DNA of 51,949 nt from Octopus sinensis (Eukaryota). The notes under the pieces are model-generated. The model did not search any database. It was not told the origin of the DNA and saw only the letters and a list, made by a program, of their open reading frames with translations. Position 1 is the first letter of the stretch. Each line of letters starts with the position of its first letter. Of the stretch, positions 12,727-23,424 are shown piece by piece. A program made the position numbers and the translations under genes. Location: positions 1 to 51,949 of the forward strand of contig NW_021834168.1 in NCBI RefSeq assembly GCF_006345805.1, read 5' to 3'.

Positions 12727-14165
12727 AAGTTTATCATACTTTCGCCTAGTGAAATAAAAAGGTTGGGGGAAAGAAATGATATATTTTTGATTGTGTAAGT
12801 TGATTCCTATTTGAAGCAATTCCATTTCACCGTGCAATTTGAATGCTTTTCTCTCTTTTTTTTTCTCTTATAATTCAGCAATGTTCCTCTTTTAGATATC
12901 AATGTTATGAATATAGTAAGAACCCATTACTGAAATAAATTAACCGCATTTGATTTTTGTCAATGTGATCTTTCACTCAAAGCTATACCAAATTGTACAT
13001 CATTATTTAAATAAGAAAATAAACCCAACAAAGAAGAGTACAAAACGATTGATACCACGGAAAATTAAATCAACAATTTGTACAGAAACGCGAGGATACA
13101 GGATAAATGGTAAATTACCCAAACCAATGAAATTGCTTTCTTTTAAATTTCAAATTAAAATAAATCAGATTATTTATTTTTGTTCACCTGTAAATAAGTA
13201 CTGAAATGGAGAGAAGCATGGTCTGTCATTAAACGTATAAACGCGTAAAAACAAGATTACATGCCCCTAAACTGCAAATGCTTAACACTTTGTAATCAAA
13301 AGATAATAGGATATACTTATGATTTGTAATCTGTTAATACTTCTCAGTGATTTTTGTCAAATGGCTTGGAGCTCCTCTCATTAAACTCGCTTAATATTGA
13401 TTGTTTTCTCAAGCATAAGGTTCATTTTTATAAGAAGGAACAAATATTACCCCAGGAATCAATTACAATGCATTATTATATTTATCTAGCCTACCATTAG
13501 CTTTTGATAATACTTTTGTCATTAAAATTACAATGAACGAAAAGAGTTTTGGATGTATTTAATTAGCAATATTTAGACAGACCCTTCCTTCTTCAGTGCA
13601 AATGCCATGCAACCCAACTTCCTTTATAGTTCATCCCTACTCTAGCCACGGATCGATAAAATAGATGACAAATATGTCATGTAAAATTCAATAATCATCA
13701 TCCTCGTTCGCACGAAATTTTGGCATGTAAAAAAAATAATCACTTTTATACACACAAACTGAAGTGGTAATCATGGACCGATGATAAAACATAGTGGAAA
13801 AGCAGCTAGTTCATCTTTTCGCACTCTTTCCATCACGGTGAATTTTATCCTCCCTACTGTACAGTTCAAAGTATATTGTAGAAAGAAAAAAAACATCGTA
13901 GTGTGCGACAGCACTGAATAAGCTCGTGAGGGACAGTTCTGACAAAAATTAGTCAATAGGAGAGTTTATAGATAAGTTCAATGAATTCAATCACCTTGAA
14001 GAGAGAATAATCTTAACATAAACCCTGTTTCCTTTAGTCTGAACGAACGAGAGAGAGAGAGAGGTGGGGAGTGAGGGAGTGAAAGAATTAGAGAATTGTC
14101 ACTTTGAATGCAAAGTTCAGAATAGTAATAGAATTGAAAGCGTGTTGCGGGGGTAGTGTAGCGAG

Positions 14166-14167
<2 letters not shown>

Positions 14168-14228
<61 letters not shown>
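14168..14228. repeat. (GA)n microsatellite
   Basis: Directly visible. Confidence 0.95.
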
Positions 14229-14231
<3 letters not shown>

Positions 14232-14894
14232 GAGAGATGTCTGACAGGTTGTGAAAGGATGTCAAAAATGTGGGTTACAAGGTAAACGAACTTCAGCAAA
14301 AGGAACTAGAGAGAGAAAACAGAAGCCAATAATTCATATCGGAGAGTAAGACGAGGTGGTGCTAAATCAATAACAGACGAAATAGAAAGCAAGAATAATT
14401 TTAAAAAAACCACGCCCCTCCCCCTAAAAATAACAAAAACAACCAAACAAAAGAACACGCGCTTCCACCCAAAATCTCTTTAAAGTTATTTAATTGAAAA
14501 GAGACATTTATATAACATTTTTGGTGTAAGAGATGTATCGGCGAACGTGATGAGAAAACGTGAAGGAGGGATGGTACGAATGGCGAGTAAAGTGAAGGAA
14601 GAAAACAAGAAGTTAAGAACGGATGGTTGAGAGATAGAAAGCTTTAAGCAAGGTCAAGACAGAGGACAGGAAAGAAAACAGATTAGAAGAAAAGAGATCA
14701 AGATCAACGTGTGTGTCTGTGTGCTGGTATGTAATGCTTCGGTCGATCATTGCTTTGTTGATCAAGTTTATGGCGGCCATAATTTAATAACATGTATTGC
14801 AGCCATTCTTTTGTCAAGACGAAATATGCTTGTATTTCCCTTGTGAGACATGTAACTTCTATGGCAAGCACCGCGTTAGTAACAACAATAATAA

Positions 14895-15055
14895 CAACAA
14901 TAGGCACAAGGCCTGAATGTTTTGGGGGAGGGGAATAATCGATCACATCAACCCCAGTACGCAACTGGTATTTAATTTATCAACCCCGAAAGAACGAAAA
15001 TCAAAGTCGACCTCGGCGGAATTTGAACTCAGAACTTAAAGACACACGAAATACC
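14895..15055 (-). mobile_element. SINE family B, tail variant B2, 5'-truncated at ggtatttcg
   Basis: Reverse complement: ggtatttcgtgtgtctttaagttctgagttcaaattccgccgaggtcgactttg...cccctcccccaaaacattcaggccttgtgcc. Confidence 0.85.
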
Positions 15056-15262
15056 TATTTCTTTACTACCCACAAGGGGATAAACACAGATAATACAAAC
15101 AAGGACAGATATAGGTATTAAGTCGATTATATCGACCCCAGGGCGTAACTGGTACTTATTTAATCGACCCCAAAAGGATGAAAGGAGAAGTCGACCTCGG
15201 CGGAATTTGAACTCAGAACGTAGCGGCAGATGAAGTACTGCCGGCGTGCTAACGATTCTGCC
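15056..15262 (-). mobile_element. SINE family B, tail variant B1
   Basis: Reverse complement: tggcagaatcgttagcacgccgg...gagttcaaattccgccgaggtcgac...ccccttgtgggtagtaaagaaata. Confidence 0.9.
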
Positions 15263-15318
<56 letters not shown>

Positions 15319-15470
15319 CCTTTCTACTAAAAGCAAAAGGCCTGAAATTTTGGGGAAGGGGAAATAGTCGATTACATCGACCCCAGTGTTTCACTGGTAC
15401 TTAATTTATCGACACCAAAAGGATGAAAGGCAAAGTCAACCTCGGCGGAGTTTGAACTCAAAACGTAGCC
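15263..15470 (-). mobile_element. SINE family B (B2), 5'-truncated, with (ATT)n tail at 15263-15317
   Basis: Reverse complement: gagttcaaactccgccgaggttgactttgcc...ccccttccccaaaatttcaggcc...agaaaggatt(att)n. Confidence 0.85.
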
Positions 15471-15471
15471 A

Positions 15472-15515
<44 letters not shown>

Positions 15516-15572
15516 ATAATAATAATAATAATAATAATAATAGTAATGATGATGATGATGATAATGATGAAA
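15472..15572. repeat. (TAC)n-(AAT)n-(GAT)n compound triplet repeat
   Basis: Directly visible. Confidence 0.95.
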
Positions 15573-15670
15573 ATGAATTAATAAAATCAGTTGCTTTGCT
15601 ATAAACGTTGGAATTGGTCATTATCTTCCGAAGTAATTTGTCTGTTCCCTGTTCTTGATTGATCCGATAG

Positions 15671-15950
15671 AAAAAATTTGCATCTTCCGCAAACATCGGT
15701 GTAGTTGTCCGTGACGCGGAGGAGAGAAAAATCAATAAGTACAGGGGCCTGGTCGGCTGCTATCAGGTTGTGCCAGTCGCCGTCTTGGCGTCAGCTGTTC
15801 TACGACCTGGTACTACCGATTCCCTCCGCAAAGTAGAGATAGCGGCGGTCCGTCGGAGAAATGCGCTCCGCGACGTGTAGTGGATACTGCAGCAAGCACC
15901 GATGGACATTCTTTGCCGCAGGCCCGCGCGGCCGTTACCTTGTGGTGCTG
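15671..15950 (+). mobile_element. Fragment of the restriction-like endonuclease domain of a CRE/HERO-like non-LTR retrotransposon
   Basis: Met-less frame 15671-15877 reads KKFASSANIGVVVRDAEERKINKYRGLVGCYQVVPVAVLASAVLRPGTTDSLRK...DV*WILQQ, matching the AExRKxxKYxxL...YxxxPxAVETxGxxG...QRxSxA pattern. GC-rich against its flanks. Confidence 0.6.
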
Positions 15951-16359
15951 CTGAGCACCTCACTTGCTTTGAGATATGTGGTCCATGACCCCACCTTCGT
16001 CTTCCGTCTTTTCCCTCTTTTTTTATCTCCTTTTTTCTTTTCTTTTTTCATCCTTTTAAGGTGTTTATTAGCAAATAAATTCCATTCTGTCTTTAATGAT
16101 GTGTAAGCGTACACCATATCAATATCAATAAACGGATTGTCACCTAATAAACGCAGTCAGCTAATAGCAATGAATGAAAGCAACAGTTGGCTTCTGAACA
16201 TGCACTCTAGAAAAGACACACACACACAAAGACACACGCACACAGACACACACACATGCACACACACGTACATACACACACACGCACACGCACACACAAT
16301 AAATATATGTATACACACATTCCTACATGTAGGTCAACGTATATATACAAAAGTACACA

Positions 16360-16364
16360 CACAC

Positions 16365-16397
<33 letters not shown>

Positions 16398-16463
16398 TGT
16401 ATGTATGTATGTATGTATGTATGAATGCATGCATGCATGTATGTATGTATGTATGTATGTATG

Positions 16464-16512
<49 letters not shown>

Positions 16513-16515
16513 ACG
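16360..16515. repeat. (TATG)n-(TATC)n compound tetranucleotide repeat
   Basis: Directly visible. Confidence 0.95.
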
Positions 16516-16761
16516 TATATATATACATGCATACATTTATTTATGCATATATACATACACATGTAAATATTCGAAAAACTCAATTATGCATATACAGTAG
16601 CGTTACTTAAATTATAGTTAATAGTACATTTATGATTAAACATTAATTATTTTCGTTCATTTAGTTACAATTCAAGCAATATGCAAATGGAAGAAACATT
16701 TTCTTTTATTCTTTTAAATGATATAAAGTTAAATATGAAAATTTTAATCAGTCTTATATAA

Positions 16762-16982
16762 TTTGGTTGGTGCCTAATCATTGCGGCTTTTTTCCAATCA
16801 ATTTTATTCAACAAAAACAATAACAGTATTTAACAAAAACGCCTTTAAATGATTATTCCGGAGAATATTCCCCATCTACTTCAATATCTATTTGGCGTTT
16901 TGCTTAAATTGGCGTTTTGTTTAGATTATTCGTTGAATAAAATTTATTGAAAAAAGTCGCAATAATTATGCACCAACCTATT
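16762..16982. mobile_element. Mariner-derived MITE (~220 bp)
   Basis: Imperfect ~50-bp TIRs: ttggttggtgcctaatcattgcggctttttccaatcaattttattcaac versus gttgaataaaatttattgaaaaaagtcgcaataattatgcaccaaccta. Confidence 0.8.
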
Positions 16983-17126
16983 AATTGTTCACGATATTGA
17001 TAATACCACAAAATTAACATTTAACACATATAATATATATTTTTTGAAATTAAATATGTACTTTAAGCTTGACATAAATGAGTCATATGGTTCCACTACT
17101 TGGTTGGGTAACACGGCTAGGAAGAA

Positions 17127-17489
17127 TCTCTCTCTATATAAACAGCAAAATGTCTGTGTGCGTGTCCTTTATACAAATCCACAATTTTTCAATTAGAGGG
17201 CTCGCACTTTCTATGGTCATTCAAACCCATCCAAGGGTGGTCGTGCACATCTTTACATTTCCCCAGTCACCCCGCAAAGCCATTAAAAATCAATAGAAGT
17301 GACATTTTTGTGAATTTTCTATCCAAAACCCAATCAAAATGCCTGAAACCTGATACGCCAATTGAATGCCAGCTAGCTGTATGTGATTGGTCGGAGATTT
17401 GGACAGTACTTGCGTGTATGTGCGCACGCACACAGCTGTATATGCATGCACTAGCACTATGACTCGGCGTTGCCGGGTCATAGTGTTAG
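17127..17489 (+). mobile_element. Probable non-autonomous Helitron (~363 bp)
   Basis: Starts A|TCTCTCTCTATATAAAC...gtctgtgtg and ends with a GC-rich hairpin (ctcggcgttgccggg) then ...gtgTTAG|T (CTRR-like, between A and T). Confidence 0.55.
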
Positions 17490-17724
17490 TCATCTATAAT
17501 GCACCATTGATGTGTATCTGCATTCTATGATTTCGTTGATAAAAATTTTCGCAACAACTCATCTTTTGTCTTTTAATATTTACTTGTGTCAGTCATCATA
17601 TTGCGGACATGTTGGACACCGCGCTGACGGGTTTTAGTGGGAAGATATCACCCCCAGTATTTATATTTTAGTCTGGTATTTATTCTAAAGTCCCTTTGGC
17701 TGAACGATTGTCAGGTGATACACA

Positions 17725-18045
17725 CACGCGTGCACACACACACACACACGCGTGCACACACATACACGCGTGCACACACACACGCGTGCACACACACACG
17801 CGTGCACACACACACGCGTGCACACACACACGTGCACACACACACGCGTGCACACACACACACGCGTGCACACACATACACGCGTGCACGCACACACACG
17901 CGTGCACACACACACACGCGTGCACTCACACACGCGTGCACGCACACACACGCGTGCACACACACACACGCGCGTGCACACACACACACGCGTGCACACA
18001 CACACACGCGTGCACACACACACACGCGTGCACACACACACATAC
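17725..18045. repeat. Minisatellite of (CA)n-CGCGTG units, about 18 copies
   Basis: Repeated cacacacacgcgtg; directly visible. Confidence 0.95.
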
Positions 18046-18191
18046 ACACACTCTTTCTCGATCTCTATCTCTCTCTCCCACCTCTCTCTCTCACTCTCAC
18101 ACACAACGGCTCCCACACAGATTCCCTCTTCGAATTTCACGCTGTAACAGAAGACACTTACCCAAGGTGGTGCACAGTGGGACTGAGCCCC

Positions 18192-18323
18192 AAAATTGAA
18201 AATAATAAAGAAATCCTAGAAACCCCTTGTATCCGACCTGACCACTTAATAGTTTGAGTCCGATTGAGACTAGAAACATGTCTATTCCACGCTGCTCCTA
18301 ACAAATTTGATAAGATCACATCT

Positions 18324-18360
<37 letters not shown>

Positions 18361-18371
18361 TCTCCTTATTT
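18192..18371. repeat. Second copy of the unclassified repeat at 1771-1987
   Basis: Direct alignment by eye. Confidence 0.85.
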
Positions 18372-18596
18372 CTTATTTCTTTATTGCCCACAAAGGGCTA
18401 AACATAGAGGGGACAAAAAGGACAGGCAAACGGATTAAGTCGATTACATCAACCCCAGTGCGAAACTGGTACTTAAATTATCGACCCCGAAAGGATGAAA
18501 GGCAAAGTCGACCTCGGCGGAATTTGAACTCACAACCTAAAGACAGACGAAATACCGCTAGGCATTTCGTCCGGTGTGCTAACGTTTCTGCCAGCT
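18366..18596 (-). mobile_element. SINE family B (B1), near full length, with (AAGAAAT)n tail
   Basis: Reverse complement: agctggcagaaacgttagcacaccggacgaaatgcc...gtgggcaataaagaaataagaaataag. Confidence 0.9.
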
Positions 18597-19462
18597 GTGA
18601 TATTTCCATCACTATCTTCCACTTCTAGATTCATGCTTCTTGGAAGGAACTTTTCTCTTGTACAACGTCGAACATACAAGGAGTTACCTTACTAGAACTA
18701 GACAAATTAAATTTTAAGTTGTTCGGTCTCAAAATTGTTTATCATTCTAACGAGGTTCAACGTTTTCGCTTCTAAATGAGTCAAATGTGAGTTTTCGAAA
18801 ATTTGCGGTTTTTACGTGCAGTATGTCCAACAAATCTATATTACCTTTATCGATTTTTCATAGTACTGCAGGTGGTATTTCTATCAAACTTCGTTCAAAA
18901 TGCCTGTATAAATCCTTTTTCCTGTTCTTTGACGACAACGGGTGAATGTATCGCTTCTCTATTTATATTTATTTCCCGATCGACGATGGTCGTCATAGGC
19001 TCAAATTTCACTAAAATTGAAGAGCAAAGCTTTGAAACACGTTAGCTATAGGTTAGAAATATACTTTCAGCTTATGCAATTGGTCACTCATCAACCGTAT
19101 CTCTGATGTTGAGCTTCTTCATTTAACGCCAATAGTAACACTTAGAATGATATATCGAAATAGCTATTAATACACTTTCTTGCTTAATTAGCGTATCTAA
19201 TCAAATATTGAAATTAAAACTTCCAATTTTGTAAAAATATTCTTAAATTAATGCTGATCACATTTATGACCTTATTAATTCTATAAATATGTACTTATTA
19301 TGTTAATTATATTAATCAAAATTCGTGTTTAATCTAATGTTACTGAAAACACGAAAATGTTTTCTCTCCATATATGTATTTAAAATTCGAATCGTAAGTG
19401 ATTAATTAAACGAAATGAACGCTTAGTAGTATTCTTTATAAACTAAATGAGGGAACTATATG

Positions 19463-19528
<66 letters not shown>

Positions 19529-19905
19529 GTTGAAAAAGGAGTAGAGATCTATAGAAATCAAATTTTTAAGTATGAAAAAGATGTAGGTGGAAATAGCACA
19601 GAAGTAAGTCTAAAACATTTCAATTTAAGAGAGAATTTAATAAAAGATTATATCTTGATCACCAGTCAGGTTCTTGACCACCAGACAGAAGACAGACTAT
19701 TTTTACTTCAAATTTTTGGAAGTTTTGTAAATTTTTACTGATATTTGATTAGATGAAATACATCGAAACCGGTAATATTAATATTTTTATTTATATAATC
19801 TTTTATTAAATTCCCTCTTAAATTGAAATGTCTTAGACTTGCTTCTATGATATTTCCACCTCCATCTTTTACAAACACACGTGTTCGTGTGTATATGTAT
19901 GTATG

Positions 19906-19956
<51 letters not shown>

Positions 19957-20038
19957 ACTTAGACTTAGAAAGGTTTTTGGCCAGTATTGGCCCAGGCCAT
20001 GTCTAACTTAATAGCACCACCTGGCGAAGTCTTTCAGT

Positions 20039-21592
20039 TCAGGATTTGGGCACCAAGGCCCATTCGAGCAGAGAGTTATTGTTTGCGGAGACATATCCGG
20101 GTGTGGGTGGTTTGTCCGGTGCTGTTTGAAGGAATTTGTCCAAAGACTTCTTGAATTTTGTGTGGTCAGTTTCTTTTTTGGCGTGTCCTGGTGTAATGTT
20201 GAAGAGAGCGGGTCCAATTGAGGTGAAATAGTTGTGCCGTATTGTCGTTATGTGATGCGATTTAGATTTTTGTTGTGGACGGATGGCACGTGGTCCAAGC
20301 CTTGGATGCATTTTGAAGGTGATGCCAACATCATTCGGACAGTGCTGATGGAATATTTTCCACATCATGCAGATAATGTAGCGTTCACGGCGTCGTTGGA
20401 GTGAATACAATTTCAGCTTCTCTAGTCTACCCCAGTAGTCAAGGTCTGACATGCCATCTATCTTTTTTGTGATTGACCTTTGGGGGGCTTCAATTCTCAT
20501 AATATTTTGTTTTGTGTAGGGAGACCACAGTGGACAGCAGTATTCAAGGTGGGGTCGGGCAAAAGTGGAGAAGAGAAGGATAATAGCGTGGGAATCTCTC
20601 GACTGGAAGGTTCTGAGAATCCAGGAACACATTCTGCGGGCCATGTCAACTTTGCTGCTTATATGTGTAGCCCAGCTTATGTTGTTGTCCACTGTTACTC
20701 CCAGGTCTCTGATGTTGTTGGATGCCATGAGAATTTCTCCAGAAGGAAGATAGTATGGGAGTTTCAGAGCGTCCTCCCTTCCAAAGTAGATCAGTTCGAA
20801 TTTGTCTTCATTTAGCAACATGTTATTCTTTTCCGCCCATTGGACAACAGCCAGTAGGTCTGACTGAAGGTTTATTCGGTCATCCACGCCATTGATGACC
20901 TTCTGGAGCTTGGAATCATCAGCGAAGGTTCTGATGTTGCTGTGTTTGATGGTGTCAGTAATATCATTTATGTAGATGATGAAGAGAAGTGGGCCCAACA
21001 CAGTGCCTTGTGGGACACCACTGCTGACTTTGGCTGGGCTGGATTTGACTCCTTCGACTACAACATGTTGGGTTCTGTTAGAGAGGAAGCACTTGATCCA
21101 TTGCAGCAGCTTTCCAGTGACACCAATATTGGACAGCTTTCTCAGAAGGATCTTATGATCAACCCTGTCAAAGGCCTTGCTGAAATCAAGGTAGATGACA
21201 TCAGTGTTGGAACCCTCTCCCAAGGCTCTCAAAATGTCATCAAAATGATGCAGTAGCTGCGTCAGGCAATCTCTCCCATTACGGAATCCATGCTGGTTGG
21301 GGTTCAGCATATTATGACTCTCAAGGAAGTGAGTCATACGCGATCTCAGCACCCTCTCAAATACCTTGATGATATGAGAGGTGAGTGAGATTGGACGGTA
21401 ATTCACGACAAGCGATTTGTTTCCTTTTTTGAAAACTGGGACAACAGACTGGGATAGAAGGTCTTCTGGTATATATCCAGCATCCAGTGAGTTCCGCCAC
21501 AGATTGGCTAGAGGGGGTGCAAGTTGGTTTTGACACATCTTCAAGACACAAGCAGGGAACCTATCGGGACCTACTGCTGAATTATGCTTCAT
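20039..21592 (-). CDS. LINE ORF2, reverse transcriptase and C-terminal part (517 aa; frame open upstream to about 21661)
   Basis: NSAVGPD, NYRPISLTS, QHGFR, YLDFSKAFDRVDH, GVPQGTVLGPLLFIIYIND, FADD, RDLGV, RPHLEYC, LYSLQRRRERY. No internal stop. Confidence 0.95.
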   Translation of the reverse strand: MKHNSAVGPDRFPACVLKMCQNQLAPPLANLWRNSLDAGYIPEDLLSQSVVPVFKKGNKSLVVNYRPISLTSHIIKVFERVLRSRMTHFLESHNMLNPNQHGFRNGRDCLTQLLHHFDDILRALGEGSNTDVIYLDFSKAFDRVDHKILLRKLSNIGVTGKLLQWIKCFLSNRTQHVVVEGVKSSPAKVSSGVPQGTVLGPLLFIIYINDITDTIKHSNIRTFADDSKLQKVINGVDDRINLQSDLLAVVQWAEKNNMLLNEDKFELIYFGREDALKLPYYLPSGEILMASNNIRDLGVTVDNNISWATHISSKVDMARRMCSWILRTFQSRDSHAIILLFSTFARPHLEYCCPLWSPYTKQNIMRIEAPQRSITKKIDGMSDLDYWGRLEKLKLYSLQRRRERYIICMMWKIFHQHCPNDVGITFKMHPRLGPRAIRPQQKSKSHHITTIRHNYFTSIGPALFNITPGHAKKETDHTKFKKSLDKFLQTAPDKPPTPGYVSANNNSLLEWALVPKS

Positions 21593-21606
21593 TTCCTTTA
21601 TTACTG

Positions 21607-23055
21607 CTAAGACATCAGGAGCGCCAATGTTATGTCCGATAAAGTGTATTGGGGAGTAACATCACTGATACAGCCCAGATCAGTCATATCAGGATTGCTG
21701 AAAACAGAGCAATATTGTTTCTGCAATATTTCTCCCATGGTTTTGGCATTGTCTTGAAGAGTACCATTTTCATCAATCAGAGGGCCAACAGTAGAACCAG
21801 TGACTCTGTGTTTTTTTGCAAATGAAAAGAACACTTTGGGATTGAGTTTGATCTTCTCAATGGCCCAGGCCTCTTCAGCTCTTCGCTGACTATTGATGAT
21901 AGACATCATGTTGTTTTGGAGTTTATGATTTTTAATCTCTAGCGACGAGATGGCAGTCAGGTTGGTGTGTTGCTGTTGACAGTATTTCAGCATGTTGATC
22001 TTTTTGTTGATTCTTTTAATTTTCCTTATGAGAGATTTTCTATTTCTAGGGATTCGACACTTAGATTTGTTTGCAGATCTTAATGGGGTGTATCTTGCAC
22101 ATATGTTCGTGATGGTGTCTACAAGTGACTGCCAGGACTTTTTGATGTTAGTGGGTGTGTATGTGTGCGTGAAGGACCAATCGACTTGTGCAAGATCATT
22201 ATTGATCGCTTCCCAGTTTGCATTGTGGAAATCCATAGTGTCAAATGGATGAATAGGAGGGATGACATTTGTTTTGCATTTTGGCCAGTGAAATCTCAGA
22301 TCACAGAGAACCATGTCATGGTCGGAGAGTAGGGTTTTCTCCACTGCAATATTGTGGATAGTATCAGTGTGATTGCTGAAAATTAAGTCTAAGACGTTTT
22401 TGTGACATCTCGTTGGTTCGAGTACCAGTTGGGACAAGAAGAAGTCATCCATGAAGTCAAGAAGCGATTCCACTGCCTCCCTGTCAGGGGTTGAGAGAGA
22501 AGAACCTGGCGGCAGACTGTTTGTAGACCAGTCAACCCCGGGAAGGTTGATGTCTCCCATCATTAAAATGTTGTCTGGTTGACACTGCTGAATGAAACAC
22601 TTTATGCTGTTGAGGCATTCCTTGAAGCATGGTAGGGGCGTTTGGGGTGGTCTGTAGAGCCCAACTACTGTTAAGTTGTTGGTTTGACTGAACACAGCGA
22701 CTGCTTCGCAGTATCCATTCGAAAATATGTTCATGGCTTCTGTTGAGAATGAATCATGGACATAAATGGCAGTCCCACCCTTTCTTCTGCCAACACGATC
22801 AGCACGAATGGTTTTGAAATTTTTAACTTTCACCTCGGCTTCCAAGTGGAGGTCACTAAGATGGGTTTCAGTGAGGACGAAGAAAGGGATGTGGTTTGGA
22901 TGGGCCTCGACCCAGTCCTCCAGGAATCTTATCTTCCATTTTTGTGTATTGGTGGAAGGGCTGATGCCTTGGGCATTAAGCAGAAATGTTGAGGCGAGAG
23001 TGGATGGTTTTAATTGTTTTGGTGATTTGTTTATTTGATTGCTTTTTAATGGCAT
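21607..23055 (-). CDS. LINE ORF2, apurinic-like endonuclease part (likely start Met at 23055; joined to the RT frame by one frameshift)
   Basis: [36 protein letters not shown]...LDLIF and SDH are all present. The annotated start at 23181 lies in the flanking (TA)n and is spurious. Confidence 0.9.
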   Translation of the reverse strand: MPLKSNQINKSPKQLKPSTLASTFLLNAQGISPSTNTQKWKIRFLEDWVEAHPNHIPFFVLTETHLSDLHLEAEVKVKNFKTIRADRVGRRKGGTAIYVHDSFSTEAMNIFSNGYCEAVAVFSQTNNLTVVGLYRPPQTPLPCFKECLNSIKCFIQQCQPDNILMMGDINLPGVDWSTNSLPPGSSLSTPDREAVESLLDFMDDFFLSQLVLEPTRCHKNVLDLIFSNHTDTIHNIAVEKTLLSDHDMVLCDLRFHWPKCKTNVIPPIHPFDTMDFHNANWEAINNDLAQVDWSFTHTYTPTNIKKSWQSLVDTITNICARYTPLRSANKSKCRIPRNRKSLIRKIKRINKKINMLKYCQQQHTNLTAISSLEIKNHKLQNNMMSIINSQRRAEEAWAIEKIKLNPKVFFSFAKKHRVTGSTVGPLIDENGTLQDNAKTMGEILQKQYCSVFSNPDMTDLGCISDVTPQYTLSDITLALLMS

Positions 23056-23136
23056 GTGTAGTGGGGTAATAGTGGTGGATGGCGGTGGGTGATAGCTCGG
23101 ATGTTTTTTTCCAGTTCTTTTGCTAGATTCATTATA

Positions 23137-23139
<3 letters not shown>

Positions 23140-23178
<39 letters not shown>

Positions 23179-23203
23179 CATATATCTCTTATATATGCAT
23201 ATG

Positions 23204-23285
<82 letters not shown>

Positions 23286-23293
23286 ATATATAT

Positions 23294-23333
<40 letters not shown>

Positions 23334-23345
23334 CATATATATGCA
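23140..23345. repeat. (TA)n tract abutting the LINE 5' end
   Basis: Directly visible. Confidence 0.95.
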
Positions 23346-23424
23346 TATATTCATATATATCCATATATACATTTAAATATTTACATGTATACACACACAT
23401 AGGCACACACATACACGCATTTAT

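Larger units (their letters stand above)
19957..23139 (-). mobile_element. CR1-group (CR1/L2-like) LINE, 5'-truncated, about 3.18 kb, with (TCTAAG)2 tail, flanked by (TA)n on both sides
   Basis: APE and RT ORFs (below). Short 3' UTR ends ...aaacctttctaagtctaagt. (TA)n lies immediately left of 19957 and right of 23140. Confidence 0.95.

Noticed and set aside
16061-16102. Possible 42-nt exon (polypyrimidine tract, ttttaag acceptor, gtaagc donor)
   Set aside because: The splice-like signals are plausible, but the peptide is unrecognisable and there is no partner exon. RNA-seq would be needed.
17725-18045. CRISPR-like repeat array
   Set aside because: There are no unique spacers, no cas genes, and the context is eukaryotic.
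21607-21661. Programmed ribosomal frameshift between EN and RT
   Set aside because: There is no X XXY YYZ slippery heptamer in the overlap, and a 1-nt deletion restores the expected linker.
20480-23038. Plus-strand ORFs overlapping the LINE
   Set aside because: They are antisense shadows of ORF2 with no recognisable motifs.
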